64,000 bases of DNA from positions 13,206,001 to 13,270,000 of the forward strand of contig OX597826.1 in NCBI GenBank assembly GCA_951406725.2, read 5' to 3'. Source of the stretch: Octopus vulgaris (taxonomy: Eukaryota). Both the position numbers and the translations under genes were made by a program. Positions 41,014-53,559 of the stretch are shown here, piece after piece. The first letter of the stretch is position 1, and each line of letters starts with the position of its first letter. Under the pieces are notes generated by a model. The model searched no databases, was not told where the DNA came from, and was given only the letters and a program-made list of their open reading frames with translations.

Positions 41014-41304
41014 CGGCCACGCAAAGGAAAACGGCAATTCAATGGTTCTAATGACGTTAGCATGAGATCCTAGATGAAATGTGCTTTCTCCCAAAACTGG
41101 GGTCATATCAGCACCAAAAGTACACTTAGAATCCAACGGGGGTGGATTTTGGTAATGCATCAAGCATATGGAAAAGTAAGTCCGACACTTTTCTGAGCAA
41201 ACAGAATTTTCAGTGATACCTTCGCAACATGTTCGTGTTTGGGTGATGCTGTCGCTGTTATAGAAAGAAACTATCCGGACTTCGAATACACCTATGCCGC
41301 TCAC
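41014..41304 (-). CDS. Delta: Internal coding exon (equivalent to DLL1 exon 2) of a Delta-type Notch ligand; MNNL/C2 N-terminal domain
   Basis: Minus strand reads VSGIGVFEVRIVSFYNSDSITQTRTCCEG...CSEKCRTYFSICLMHYQNPPPLDSKCTFGADMTPVLGESTF...IELPFSFAWP (97 codons). Motifs GVFE, CC, CRTxFxxCLxHYQ, CTFG, TPVLG and PFxFxWP typify Delta/DLL; Serrate/Jagged usually have CDT...KEYQ. Acceptor TCTCTCTTTGCAG| before 41304 and donor |GTAAGT after 41014, phase 0-0, the same boundaries as vertebrate DLL1 exon 2. Confidence 0.93.
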
Positions 41305-41484
41305 CTGCAAAGAGAGACAGGACACAATACATTATTAACAGTAATAGGAAGAACACTGGAACTAAGGAGGAAGAGGATAAAGGGATGGAGGAAGATGAAG
41401 TGGATAATACATACATACATACATACATACATACAAACACACATGCATACATACATAGGTAAATAAAAACTTATAAGTATATTA

Positions 41485-41839
41485 TCTCTATATATATAAA
41501 CGACAAAATGTCTGTGTGTGTGCGTATCCTTTATACAAATCCACAATTTTTCAGTTAGAGGGCTCGCACTTTCTATGGTCATTTAAAACCGTCCAAGGGT
41601 GGTCGTGCACATCTTTACATTGCCCCAGTCACCCCGCAAAGCCATTAAAAACTCAATAGAAATGACTTTTTTGTGAATTTTCTATCCAAAACCCAATCAA
41701 AATGCTCGAAACTTGATATGCCAATTGAATGTCAGTTAGCTGTATGTGATTGGTCGGAGATTTGGACAGTACTCGCGTGTATGTGCGCAGGCACCCAGCT
41801 GTATATGCATACACTAGCGTTGCCGGGTTATAGTGCTAG
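41485..41839 (+). mobile_element. Non-autonomous Helitron-like element (copy 2), ~180 bp from the Delta exon acceptor
   Basis: A|TCTCTATATATATAAA ... CTAG|T termini; homologous to 37615-38000. Confidence 0.8.
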
Positions 41840-42529
41840 TGTAAAGTAAATCAAGCCAGACGTGGAAATATACACAGTTTTTCGATCGCTCTTTTCGTGG
41901 ACTTAACATGTGTCTTTGAGATAAATGATTGTAAAGGAACACTTGTCTGTTCACATCACCAAAGGGACAGAAAAAACATTTTTGCTCGTAGATTCGTTTG
42001 TATAATTTGGTGGGTCGCGATTGATGTAAAACAGAATAATGGGGATCATAAACAACGTAAACTTTAAGCACAATTTCAGTTGTGTGTGTGCTTAATACCG
42101 AATGAATGAGAAAGAGGTGCTCAATACATTTTGTAGAGGCTATAGTTTTTCTTAAAACTGAATCCGAGAGATTTTTTTCGAGACTCGAGTTTCAGACTAC
42201 TACAAATCTTCAGGTGAGTTGTCGCCTGGAGTCTGCAGACGAACTATCAGCTTCAGTTTTAATGATAATAAAAATAATAAAATTAAGAAGTTACGTATAT
42301 AAACATGTGTTTGTGTGTATGTACGAGAGTGTGTGTATGCATATATGTCTATATGTGTATGTACATGTATATATGTTTATATCATGAGTAGATTCCACAG
42401 TGATCAGTAGGTAGGAGAGGTGCAGCCGGAGGGTAAATGTCCAAAAGAGAATCTGTAAAGGGTAGATAGAAAGTCCAGTGCAGAAGTTCGTGTGTGATAA
42501 GAAATGACAGGATCAAACATGTCGCCATG

Positions 42530-42713
42530 ATAGATCGTTAGCCACTACACACATTTATTTCTCTCCTTGTTTTTTCTGTGTATCTTTCTGTAGAAGAGCG
42601 TAGGCTCGAAACGTAAAAGACTTCTTCTATTCCTGAGCGTTATACTAATACATCTGTTTGTTTTGTACACCACCTGTCTTCGTCTTTTGTTGTTTTTTTT
42701 CGTAAACTCTCCC
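42530..42713 (+). mobile_element. Hammerhead-motif repeat (same family as 31238)
   Basis: TCTTT-CTGTAGA-A-GAGC-GTAG-GCTC-GAAA-CGTA-AAAGA at 42583-42620; a further relic lies at ~43770-43845. Confidence 0.75.
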
Positions 42714-43000
42714 TATGTATATGTTTATACATACATCTATATATATAGATACATATGTATAAACATACATACATACACGGAGTGGTTACTAAAAGCAATG
42801 AACCCAATAAAATACAGTTTTATTCGAATTGTTTATCGTACACTGTACTTAGTTTCGCATAAACTCAGTGTTAAGAAATAAGTTAGTATTCAAAATGTTA
42901 AACATTTCAAACAAGTGGAAATTAGAAATAACAAAAACGTAATATTGCACAATATCCTGTTTTACATTTTGTTGGTTTTAGTGTTAACCTATGGGAATAT

Positions 43001-43209
43001 CCAGTTCTATATTTAAGAAATGAAGGATTATGTACACTATTTACATTATTTACATTTGACGGATGTTTACCCTTATCTTGTTTGTTGTTAATACAACGTT
43101 TTGACTGGTATATCCTTCTGCCTTCATCAGGTGTCTTGAGGAAATTTCGAAGCTGGGTTCTCATTCTTAAGGTATTTCTCGAGGGTATTATTATTATTAT
43201 TATTATTTA

Positions 43210-43268
<59 letters not shown>

Positions 43269-43596
43269 GATCGCTGCCTGGAATCGAACTCGGAAACTTG
43301 GGATTATTAGCTCGCGCTTTTAACCACTACGCCACAGGCATATGGCGTAGAGGTTAAGAGCGCGGGCTAAAAACTAAAAAATTCCAAAATTCAGAGTTCG
43401 ATTCCAGGCAGCGATCTGAGTAATAATAATAACAACAACAACAACAACATCGAAAAATACCTTAGGAATGAGAACCCAGGCTCGAAATTTCCTCAAGACA
43501 CCTGATGAAGGGTGGAGGGCGTATCAACCGAAAAGTGTTAACAATAAACAAGATGAGGACAGATATCCGTCAAATGTAAATAATGTAAATAATGTA
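43001..43596. mobile_element. Palindromic head-to-head dimer: tRNA-like head + (AAT)n + hammerhead-bearing tail; 12-bp TSD
   Basis: Arms ~43032-43334 and 43343-43597 are reverse complements; CTATGGGAATAT is directly repeated at 42989-43000 and 43597-43608. Confidence 0.85.
43498..43538 (+). ncRNA. Minimal type-I hammerhead ribozyme motif (decayed); mirror copy at 43091-43134 on the minus strand
   Basis: ACAC-CTGATGA-AGGGTGG..loop..CAACC-GAAA-A-GTGT; mirror ACAC-CTGATGA-AGGCAG..loop..CAGTC-AAAA-CGTT-GTAT. Merged consensus ACAC CTGATGA A GGCTG..CAGCC GAAA CGTT GTGT. Confidence 0.65.
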
Positions 43597-43872
43597 CTAT
43601 GGGAATATGTTCAATTTCTTGTTATTTACAATGCATTGAACTCTTTTATTGAACTCAGGTTTTCTTGTGTTGAGCACTCTTCGTAAATTTTGCGCAAAAC
43701 CTCTATGTTGATGTATTTTATGAATATTCATATACAAACATGCAAGATTCCGCTCTCTCTCTCTCTTGCTCTAAGACTTTTCTATTTTACCTGAGCGTCG
43801 AACTAATACACCTGCTTCTTGTTCCCTCACCTGTCGTTTTCTTTTCTATACATTTGAACCATGTATATATAT

Positions 43873-44070
43873 AGGTGTAGGAGTGGCTGTGTGATAGGTA
43901 GCCATAGGCTTAGGAGTGGCTGTGTGGTAGGTAGCTTGCTTATTAACCACATGGTTCCAGGTTCAGTCCCAATACGTAGCACATTAGGCAGGTGTTTTCT
44001 ACTAGGGCCTCGGCCCGACCAAAGCCTTAAGGGTGGATTTGGTAGACGGAGGCTGGGGGAGGCCTGTCGT
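43873..44070 (+). mobile_element. SINE family A 5' half with a duplicated head
   Basis: TAGGAGTGGCTGTGTG occurs twice; similarity stops at the internal microsatellite. Confidence 0.8.
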
Positions 44071-44095
44071 ATGTATGTATATATATATGTAATTA

Positions 44096-44363
44096 TATTA
44101 GGGGGTATATCCAAACTTACAGGGAAAAATTAGATTTAGGATTAAATCAAATTTCACAGTATAAATATAAATTAAATTAGAGATAAAACCACTATTCGGC
44201 AAATCAAACAGTTTAAATTTAAATATAATTTAATTTAAAATTAACTTATATAAATTTTATATTTTATATATTTTGTATATTATATTAATTATATTTATTT
44301 TTATGGTTTGGTTTATCTTTATCACTGTTTGATTTGCCTAATAGTGGTTTTATCTCTAATTTA

Positions 44364-44368
<5 letters not shown>
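44096..44368. mobile_element. Second copy (reverse orientation) of the palindrome-plus-tail element at 5293-5620
   Basis: ATCCAAACTTACAGGGAAAAAT tail, then TAAATTAGAGATAAAACCACTATTCGGCAAATCA ... TGATTTGCCTAATAGTGGTTTTATCTCTAATTTA. Confidence 0.75.
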
Positions 44369-44411
<43 letters not shown>

Positions 44412-44416
44412 TTATG

Positions 44417-44467
<51 letters not shown>

Positions 44468-45255
44468 TTATGCTTATATATATTCACATATGCATATATA
44501 TATACGTATATATATTTATGTATACATGCATTTATATATTTATATATGTATATCTCTCTATATATATGCGTGTGTGTGTGTTTACGCGCGTGTACAGGAC
44601 ACGTTCCGGTCTATCACAACGTTCTTCATTCTCTCGTAACGCCAATGCCAGTATTACTTAACAGTTGAAAATGAAATACTAATAAATTCTTGCCAGGCAC
44701 CATCAGTTGAAAGTATCTGTAACATTAATGTTTGGCGTAGAGAAAGAACTAGGTTAGTCCAGGTAGTAAAGGGTGGAACTTTCCTTCCTTTTCTTTCTTT
44801 ATTTGTTTGTTCAATTATTTATGTACTTCTTTCTGTACTTCTTTCTGTACTTTTTTCTAATGGATACGTTCGCTGTTTTCCTACTTCTGTTTTCTTTATT
44901 TAACTCGTTCCGTTTTGCTTACTTCCGCCTGCGGAAGTAAAAGTACTAAAGTAATAAATTAAACCATCAAGCCAAAAGTGTTGCTTCGCAAATACTATTA
45001 TAAAATTTGGGCGATACCATCTTGAATCAACAACAACTGTAACAGAAGGAGAAATAACGGCAACGCAATAACACAATGCGTGTATGTGTGTGCGTGAGAA
45101 TACACACACACACACAGTATAGATATATGAATGTATGTATACACATATATATATATATATTACTTATACCTATACACACAGCGCGCGCAAATTGATTATA
45201 TATATATGTATATGTAAATATATATATATATATATATATAATACATATATAAATC

Positions 45256-45336
<81 letters not shown>

Positions 45337-45382
45337 ATATATATATATACGCACACATACATATATATATATATATACATAC

Positions 45383-45430
<48 letters not shown>

Positions 45431-46868
45431 TCACACACACACACATATATATATCTATATATACACACACACATACACATATATATATTATATATGAGCA
45501 TGTGTCTGTATATACCTATGTACGCATATCCATATACATACACGTTGAAACAGACACATACCAACATTCAGAAAAGCCGCAAATATGGATTGCCAATATT
45601 TTCCTTCTGTACTCACATATTTGTTAATATAATTGCCATGACAACGTCCGTTGCCAGCATCAATAGTGCATATTAATGGTGCATGTGTACACGAGCGCGG
45701 GTATGTCTCTGGTGCGTGGGTATGTATCTACTCCCGCCGTCCTTACTCATCATTACAATCACCAGAAACCTTTGTCGGGTACCCTTAGTTACCCTTGAGT
45801 CAACCCCGATCGAAGGGGCACTATGCGTTGATACACTGTGTATTGAACGTGTCTGTCTGTTTAAAAAAAAAGTAATGGCTGGAGGGATGTGATTTCAAAT
45901 AGATTTCACTGCTACTGCCAGCAGGATGTGCCACCGCGAAGGGGCATCTGTGTTGACCCCCAAGTACTTTACAGTACATCCGTTTGATCTACTTGTGGTT
46001 CTTCCTTTTCTCTCTTTCTTTCTCTCTCTCTCTCTCTCTCTCTCCTTCTCTCTCTCTTTCACTCACTCACTCTCACTCTCTCTCTCTCTCTCTATATATA
46101 TATAGATAGATAGATAGATAGACAGATAGATATACAATCATACATAGATACATACATATATACATACATACATACATACATATATACATACATACATACA
46201 TACATACATACACACACATAAATACATACATACATAAATACATAAATACATACATACATAAATACATACATACATACATACAAACATATATACATACACA
46301 TGTGTACACTCTTACTGGTTTCCATCATTGACTGCGGCCATATCGGGGTGCCGCCTTCAAGATTATATCAAGGCCATTGTCTTTATGTCAGCTTCGTAAT
46401 TATTTCTAATTTTATAATAACGGCTCAACACCTGTTCGTTTTGCTTTGTTTCCTTTTTTTTCTTTTTTTTTTCCTTTCTAACTCCTCACTTGTCCACAGT
46501 CTAAATTCACTCCTTTTTCAGTCCCTTCTTTCTTTCTATCCAGAACGGTTTCTTGCCTTCTTCCAATCACCATCTGATCGTCATAATAATTCCATTTGCT
46601 TCCGCCTTAAGCTATTCTCGGAGCTGCAAGCGATTTTCTTTCCCTGAAGCCAACAGTCATGTTTATCAACCCTGGGGCTCTGTTGTTGTTGTTGTTGTCG
46701 TTGTTGCTGTTGCTGCTACTGCTATCCCCGCTTCGTTCGGCCATCTCCCTCTTTCATTACTTATATCTTTATTCATTCATTTTTCTTTCTCTCTTTTTCT
46801 AAGAATCAGGGATTCAAGTGACCTTTACTACGGACTATAGCTTCTCTTTACAACCACTATAAATGTAA

Positions 46869-47120
46869 AGGCAGCGAGCTGGCAGAAACGTTAGCACGCC
46901 GGGCGAAATGCGTAGCCGTATTTCGTCTGCCGTTACGTTCTGAGTCCAAATTCCGAGGTCGACTTTGCCTTTCATCCTTTCGGGGTCAATAAATTAAGTA
47001 CCAGTAACGCACTGGGGTCGATATAATCGACTTAATCCGTTTGTCTGTCCTTGTTTGTCCTCTCTGTGTTTAGCCTCTTGTGGGTAGTAAAGAAATAGGT
47101 ATTTCTTCTGTCTTTACGTT
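46869..47120 (+). mobile_element. SINE family B with a short internal restart after the tail
   Basis: Consensus match; the tail AAAGAAATA is followed by GGTATTTCTTCTGTCTTTACGTT. Confidence 0.88.
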
Positions 47121-47246
47121 CATTGGACTTATTCACTGGAAGCCTAGTACTTATTCTATCAGTCTATTTGCCGAACCGCTAAGTGACGGGAAGGTAAACA
47201 CACCGCCATCTGTTGTCAAGCGATGTTTGCGGAACAAGCACAGACA

Positions 47247-47294
<48 letters not shown>

Positions 47295-47454
47295 CACGAC
47301 GGGCTTCTTTCGGTTTCCGTCTACCACTCACAAGGTTTTGGTCAGCACGAGGCTATAGTAGAAGACACTTGCCCAAGGTGCCACGCAGTGGGAATGAACC
47401 CAGAACCATGTGGTTGGTAAGCAAGCTACTTACCACACAGCCACTCCTGCACCT
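47121..47454 (-). mobile_element. SINE family A (3'-truncated)
   Basis: Reverse complement of the consensus from the head through AATAAGTACTAGGCT. Confidence 0.85.
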
Positions 47455-47496
47455 AGACATACCCATGTATGTATGTATGTATGTATGTATGTATGT

Positions 47497-47587
<91 letters not shown>

Positions 47588-48116
47588 CATCAATGCGCAT
47601 GAGTACGTCTTTAAGTGTCTGCCTATATATTCTCTTCGAAGCTGCAGCGATGTTGAATAATAGGCAAGTCAACTAAAGTTCAAGATAAATGGATGTTAAA
47701 TGTCAAGTAGTTTGTCATGAGTTAGCGGGGGAGTTGCAAACTCATACACAAAGCAATCAGAGAAGACAGAAACAATGTCAATGAGGGGTGGGGAAGTTCT
47801 TCCAGGGTCATTCAGTCTACTAGAAATAGCAGCTAAAGTTCCCTTAAAAATGCCCTACGGTCTTGAAAAGAAAATATGTAAATAAGTAAAGGTTGAGTTG
47901 GACTGTTGGTCTCTGTTATACAAAAGGATTGGATAGGAACTGCTGGAGAACCTTTGGAAATAGGTCTCCCTGATCAGGGCCAGCCTGGTTCTAATTATAT
48001 TAAGTAATATAAAATAGTACGGTCTATGTGTGCTTGCTTGTCTTATCATACACGCACACACACACATAGTACACCGTATATGCGTATACACACACACATA
48101 GTACACCGTATATGCG

Positions 48117-48180
<64 letters not shown>

Positions 48181-48195
48181 GTACACCACATATAA

Positions 48196-48430
48196 GGCGG
48201 CGAGCTGGCAGAATCGTTAGCACGCCGGGCGAAATGCTTAGCGGTATTTCGTCTGCCGCTACGTTCTGAGTTCAAATTCCGCCGAGGTCGACTTTGCCTT
48301 TCATCCTTTCGCGTTCGATTAAATAAGTAACAGTTACGCACTGAGGTCGATGTAATCGACTTTAGTCCCTTTGTCTGTCCTTGTTTGTCCCCTCTGCGTT
48401 TAGCCCGTTGTGGGCAATAAAAAAATAAGA
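48196..48430 (+). mobile_element. SINE family B, full length, 15-bp TSD
   Basis: TSD GTACACCACATATAA at 48181-48195 and 48431-48445. Confidence 0.92.
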
Positions 48431-48884
48431 GTACACCACATATAATGTGTATACATACATGCATACACACATACATACATACATACATACATACATACAT
48501 ACATACATACATACATGCATGCATACACACATTCATACATACGTACAAATCTATGCATGCATAGATGCAGTTCAAAATAAAGATGTCGAATAGCATCTTA
48601 AGAGGTGGCAGAGTGGCAGAACAAGGAATTACAGAATCAACATCAAGAGAAATAGGAGGGTACGGAAGAAATAGACAGATGTGGACATGTGTAGACTAAA
48701 TTATAAGGTGAGTGGATGTCCCACGTGTGTACCACGGTATGGACTCTAAAAACCTCTTCAACAACGCATTTATGAGGACCTACAGTGGTTCTTGCTGCTC
48801 CCTTATGATATTTATGCTGTCAAATAGTTCTTACACATACGTTGTATGTAGGTATGTGTATGATATACATGTAATATATGTATG

Positions 48885-49180
48885 AAAGCGCGTGGTTCAG
48901 TGGTTAGGGTATTCGGCTCATAATCGTAAGGTCGTGAGTTCGATTCCCGGCGGCACGTTGTCTCTTGAGCAAGATACTCTTTCACGATACGCCAATCCAC
49001 TCAGCTGACAAAAATGAGCTGTACATGTATTTCAAAGGGCCAGCCTTGTCGCATTCTGTGTCACACTGAATATCCCCGAGAACTACTTTAAGGGCTTACA
49101 CGTTAATTTCACGAGCAGGTTATTCGGTTGATCGGATTAATTGGAACAATCGTCATCGTAATTGACGAAGTGCCAGTAAA
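48885..49180 (+). mobile_element. tRNA-derived SINE (E-type head, third 3' variant)
   Basis: GCGCGTGGTTCAGTGGTTAGGG...GAGTTCGATTCCC...TCTTGAGCAAGATACT...CACTCAGCTG. Confidence 0.78.
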
Positions 49181-49517
49181 AAAGAAAGTATATCAACCGT
49201 CCACGAACAATTATTACAAACCGCTAATATGAAGGGCAAAGTAAACTGGATAGTCTAATTTACATATGTGATACTTTTATAAGCAGCAAGACCGAATATA
49301 AAATTATTTGTGTCTTAGCACTCTTTCGGTTCGTTTCCATTGGTTGGCTAAGAAATCAGTACATATGTTCTATAGTATATTATAGCACTGAAACTGAACT
49401 CTGCTGTTAACACACCTGCTGTTTCATGTTCAATTTAGCTACCCCAAATGTGTTAAAAATGTAAATTGGCCTATCCGGTTGAATTAGCCTTTAATACTAG
49501 TGGCTTTATACCAATCA

Positions 49518-49930
49518 AGGCGATGAGTTCAAATTCTGCCGAGGTCGACTCTGCCTTTCATCCTTTCTGGAGTCGATAAAATAAGTACTTGTTGACTACT
49601 GAGGTTAATATAATCGACCTAACTACCCACTCCCTGAAATTTTAGGCCTATAGTAGAAAGGGATATTAGTGGATTTATACAAATCAAGGCGGCGAGTTGG
49701 CAAAACTACTAGCGCGTCGGAAAACAATGCTTAGTGGCATTTTTTCTGCACTTTACGTTCTGAGCTCAAATTCCATTGAGGACGACTTTGCCTTTGTTGG
49801 TTAATAAATTTGTTGGTTAATAAATTGCCTTTGTTGGTTAATAAGATAGGTACCAGCCAAGAGCTTGTTCCGATGTATTGGACGTTGCCCCTTTTCAAAA
49901 TTGCCAGCTTTGTGTCTAAATTAGAAAGAA
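49518..49930 (+). mobile_element. Two tandem degenerate SINE B variants
   Basis: GAGTTCAAATTCTGCCGAGGTCGACTCTGCCTTTCATCC and a second unit starting at 49687; the spacer TAGTGG.TTTATAC.AATCAAGGCG is duplicated. Confidence 0.7.
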
Positions 49931-50313
49931 TTATAAAGGGTTTATAAGTATTGGGTTCATGGATAGTTAAGGACGGTACTCAGTTGCTGACGAAGATTCC
50001 AACAATATTTGAAACGTCCGCGCAGTCCCTCATTTTCAGTCAAACAGCATATTGTACAGACACATCGCGTAATCGTCATAACGCACAATGATGGCTAATA
50101 AATCTATAGATATGTTTTAAATTACATTAAAACAACGAAACCAAACGCTGTTAAGACACCAATGAGAGGAAAAGGAAGGCATGGAGATGAGGAAAGAGTA
50201 AGAGATAGGGAGAGAGTAGGAGATACACATACATTTCTGTGAGGGTTTACAGATCCTGAATAAACAACGTAAACAACAAAATACCAATACTACTACTACT
50301 ACTGCTGCTGCTG

Positions 50314-50393
<80 letters not shown>

Positions 50394-50430
50394 TTTGCTG
50401 CTACTACTACTACTACAACTACTGCTGCTG

Positions 50431-50475
<45 letters not shown>

Positions 50476-50700
50476 AGAACAGCAACAACAACAACAACAG
50501 CAATAATAATAATAATCTTTTTTTTATGTAATAAGTGGAATAATTTACGTTTGCCTCGCTGAACGGTGACTACGAAAACGTGTCTAATATTTGTCAGCTA
50601 TAAAATCTCAATGGCGTCCATTTCACCGAGTAACGACATATGAGTATGACATAACAAAATCATTCACGCAAATACACACACGTTTTGACATATGCTTATA

Positions 50701-50747
<47 letters not shown>

Positions 50748-50894
50748 AGCGTATTTGGATTGGTAGAACGTAAGTGTTCGCTCTATATATTCAGTACATA
50801 TAAACGGACGTATGACGAGTATTTTAGTAAGTTTCTTTCGTAAACCACACGCTACCTTGTGCATATGATTTCTACTATTGCTCAGGTTCCATCC

Positions 50895-50961
<67 letters not shown>

Positions 50962-51055
50962 AATCTATCTAGCCATCCATCCATCCATCCATCTATCTAT
51001 CTACCTACCCACCTACCTACCTACCTACCTGCCTACCTATCTACCAACCTGTCTG

Positions 51056-51168
<113 letters not shown>

Positions 51169-51173
51169 ATCTG

Positions 51174-51486
51174 TTTTACTTGTTTCAGTCATTTTGACTG
51201 CGGCCATGCTGGAACACCGCCTTTAGTCGAAACAAATCGACCCCAGGAGTTATTCTTTGTAAGCCTAGAATTTATTCTATCGGTTTTTTTTTTTTTTGCC
51301 GAACAGCTAAGTTACGGGAACGTAAACACACCAACATCGGTTGTCAAGCGATACTGGAGGACAAACAAACAAACACACACACACACACACACATGACGGG
51401 CTTCTTTCAGTTTCCATCTACCAAATCCACTCACAAAGCCTTGGTCGGCCGGAGGCTATGGCAGAAGACACTTCCCCAAGGTGTCA
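51174..51486 (-). mobile_element. SINE family A lacking its head
   Basis: Reverse complement of the consensus from CACCTTGGG to the tail. Confidence 0.85.
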
Positions 51487-52498
51487 TAAGTACTTAAGGT
51501 GCTATATATAGTTAATATATAGCTTGTGTGTGTTGTATATATTCATGTGTGTTCATGCATTCCATGTGTGTTGTGCATATTCATGTTTCTGTCTTAGGTG
51601 AACACCGTACGCTAAACTATAAGCTCCTGGCAAGTTTCCTGTTTGAAGCTAATTCTCTACATATATGCCATAAATGCCCTTTAACAAAGGATGGACGGCC
51701 TTAACTCACATTCCGTCTCTCCTTAAAAATAAAGTATAACACCTCATGCCTAGTTAAACGAGTCAGTAGTCTTTACTTTTGCTTTTTGTCTTTCTGTTTA
51801 TTTATATAGTTTTGTTTTGTATATATTGTTTTTACTTTCTCTTTCATCTTCCTATTTCAACATTTACTTTTTCCGCTTTTTTTTTCACTGACTTTTTATT
51901 TTTATTTTCGGTATTACTTGAATTATGGGGAGATAATTGTCGGCAAGCAGCGAGGTTAAGAGAGCTGTAAAAAAATAAAGAAGACAAGAAAACCTTCAGC
52001 ATTAGCTTTTCGCCTTCTTTATCTTCGTTTTTATCATCATAATCCTTATCATAATCCTATCTATTTATTATAACCATCATCATCCATTATGTTAGCTTAC
52101 TTTTTCTTACATTTTCTTTCTTTCGTTTTTGATAAACTCGTTTTCTTTTTTCCTTTCTGTATTGAATTCTATTTTTTTCCCCGTCTTCTGCCATAAAACT
52201 CAACTTGCTCAGCCATATTTACATACTTGCAACCAACTCTCCCTTTCACTCTCCTGCTCTTTCTCTGTCTCTCTGTCTCTCTGTCTTTGCCTCTGTGTGT
52301 ATGTGTGTCTATGTGTATTTTTACTCATTCTTTCGTACATGCATGCACATACATACATAGATACATACATACACATAGATAGACACACATACATACATAA
52401 ATGCATTCATTGGGACAAAGGAAACCACAAACAATAATAACGAACTCAATAATAGTTAATATGACATAACTATAAATACATATATAATATATATATGC

Positions 52499-52559
<61 letters not shown>

Positions 52560-52629
52560 AGAAATGAGGTAATCAGAAGATCGGATGGTTTATATTTACA
52601 GATATTTATTTATATATTACATTTTTTAC

Positions 52630-52708
<79 letters not shown>

Positions 52709-53028
52709 AAGATGCTTGCATATATGTTCAGGTTTGCTCACAACTCCACACACTCTCAAATAAGATGGATACATATAAGCATATGCGCGCGCGTACAACC
52801 CACACCATTTGTATATTGCAGATTAAGATTGCTCCCGGAAATAATGTGCAAAGAAAAGCCAGCCACCACATACGATGAATTGAATTTAATAGAATATTAT
52901 TCGATTAGTTTTATCCGCCTTTTAGACCAGAGAGAAAAAAATACAGACAATATATATATATAAATTTGTATGTATGCCTAATGCAATATATATTACATGT
53001 ATAAACGTACACACACACACACACATAA

Positions 53029-53094
<66 letters not shown>

Positions 53095-53559
53095 CAGTAG
53101 TTGATGTCGCTATTGTAACTTTTTCCTTGCAGACTTTAGCGACAGCAGATACAGGTAGGATTAGATCCTAAAAAGAACGATGGTTAAGAAAAAATGTATA
53201 ACAAAAAAAAATAATAAGCTACAAAAATGTCTTCAGAATTTGTTTATCTTAATTATTATTATGTATAAAAAGAAGCTTAAAAGTCTCGAGAGAGTGAAAC
53301 AAACGTAAAGTAAATCAATAATGATGTGAATGATAACACACAAACACACACACACACACACACATACACACACACATCGCGCGCGCACAGATTTGTGTGC
53401 GTGTTTTTCTTAAAACCCATAGAGATCATCCGTGTGTATTCGTAGCGAAATATATTGAATTCCAAGGAGGAATTTGGGAAGGCCAGTGTTTAAGAGAATA
53501 AAAAAACAGCTTTTCTCAAACTTTTTTGACAACAAGCGAACCTTGAACTTAATAAGAGA

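Noticed and set aside
43343-43412. tRNA-like heads (here and in SINEs A, D, E) as real tRNA genes
   Set aside because: A and B boxes are present, but there is no complete cloverleaf or acceptor stem, and they continue into repeat bodies.
44923-44967. Second candidate signal-peptide exon (minus strand MV*FITLVLLLPQAE|GTAAGC)
   Set aside because: In-frame TAA two codons after the ATG.
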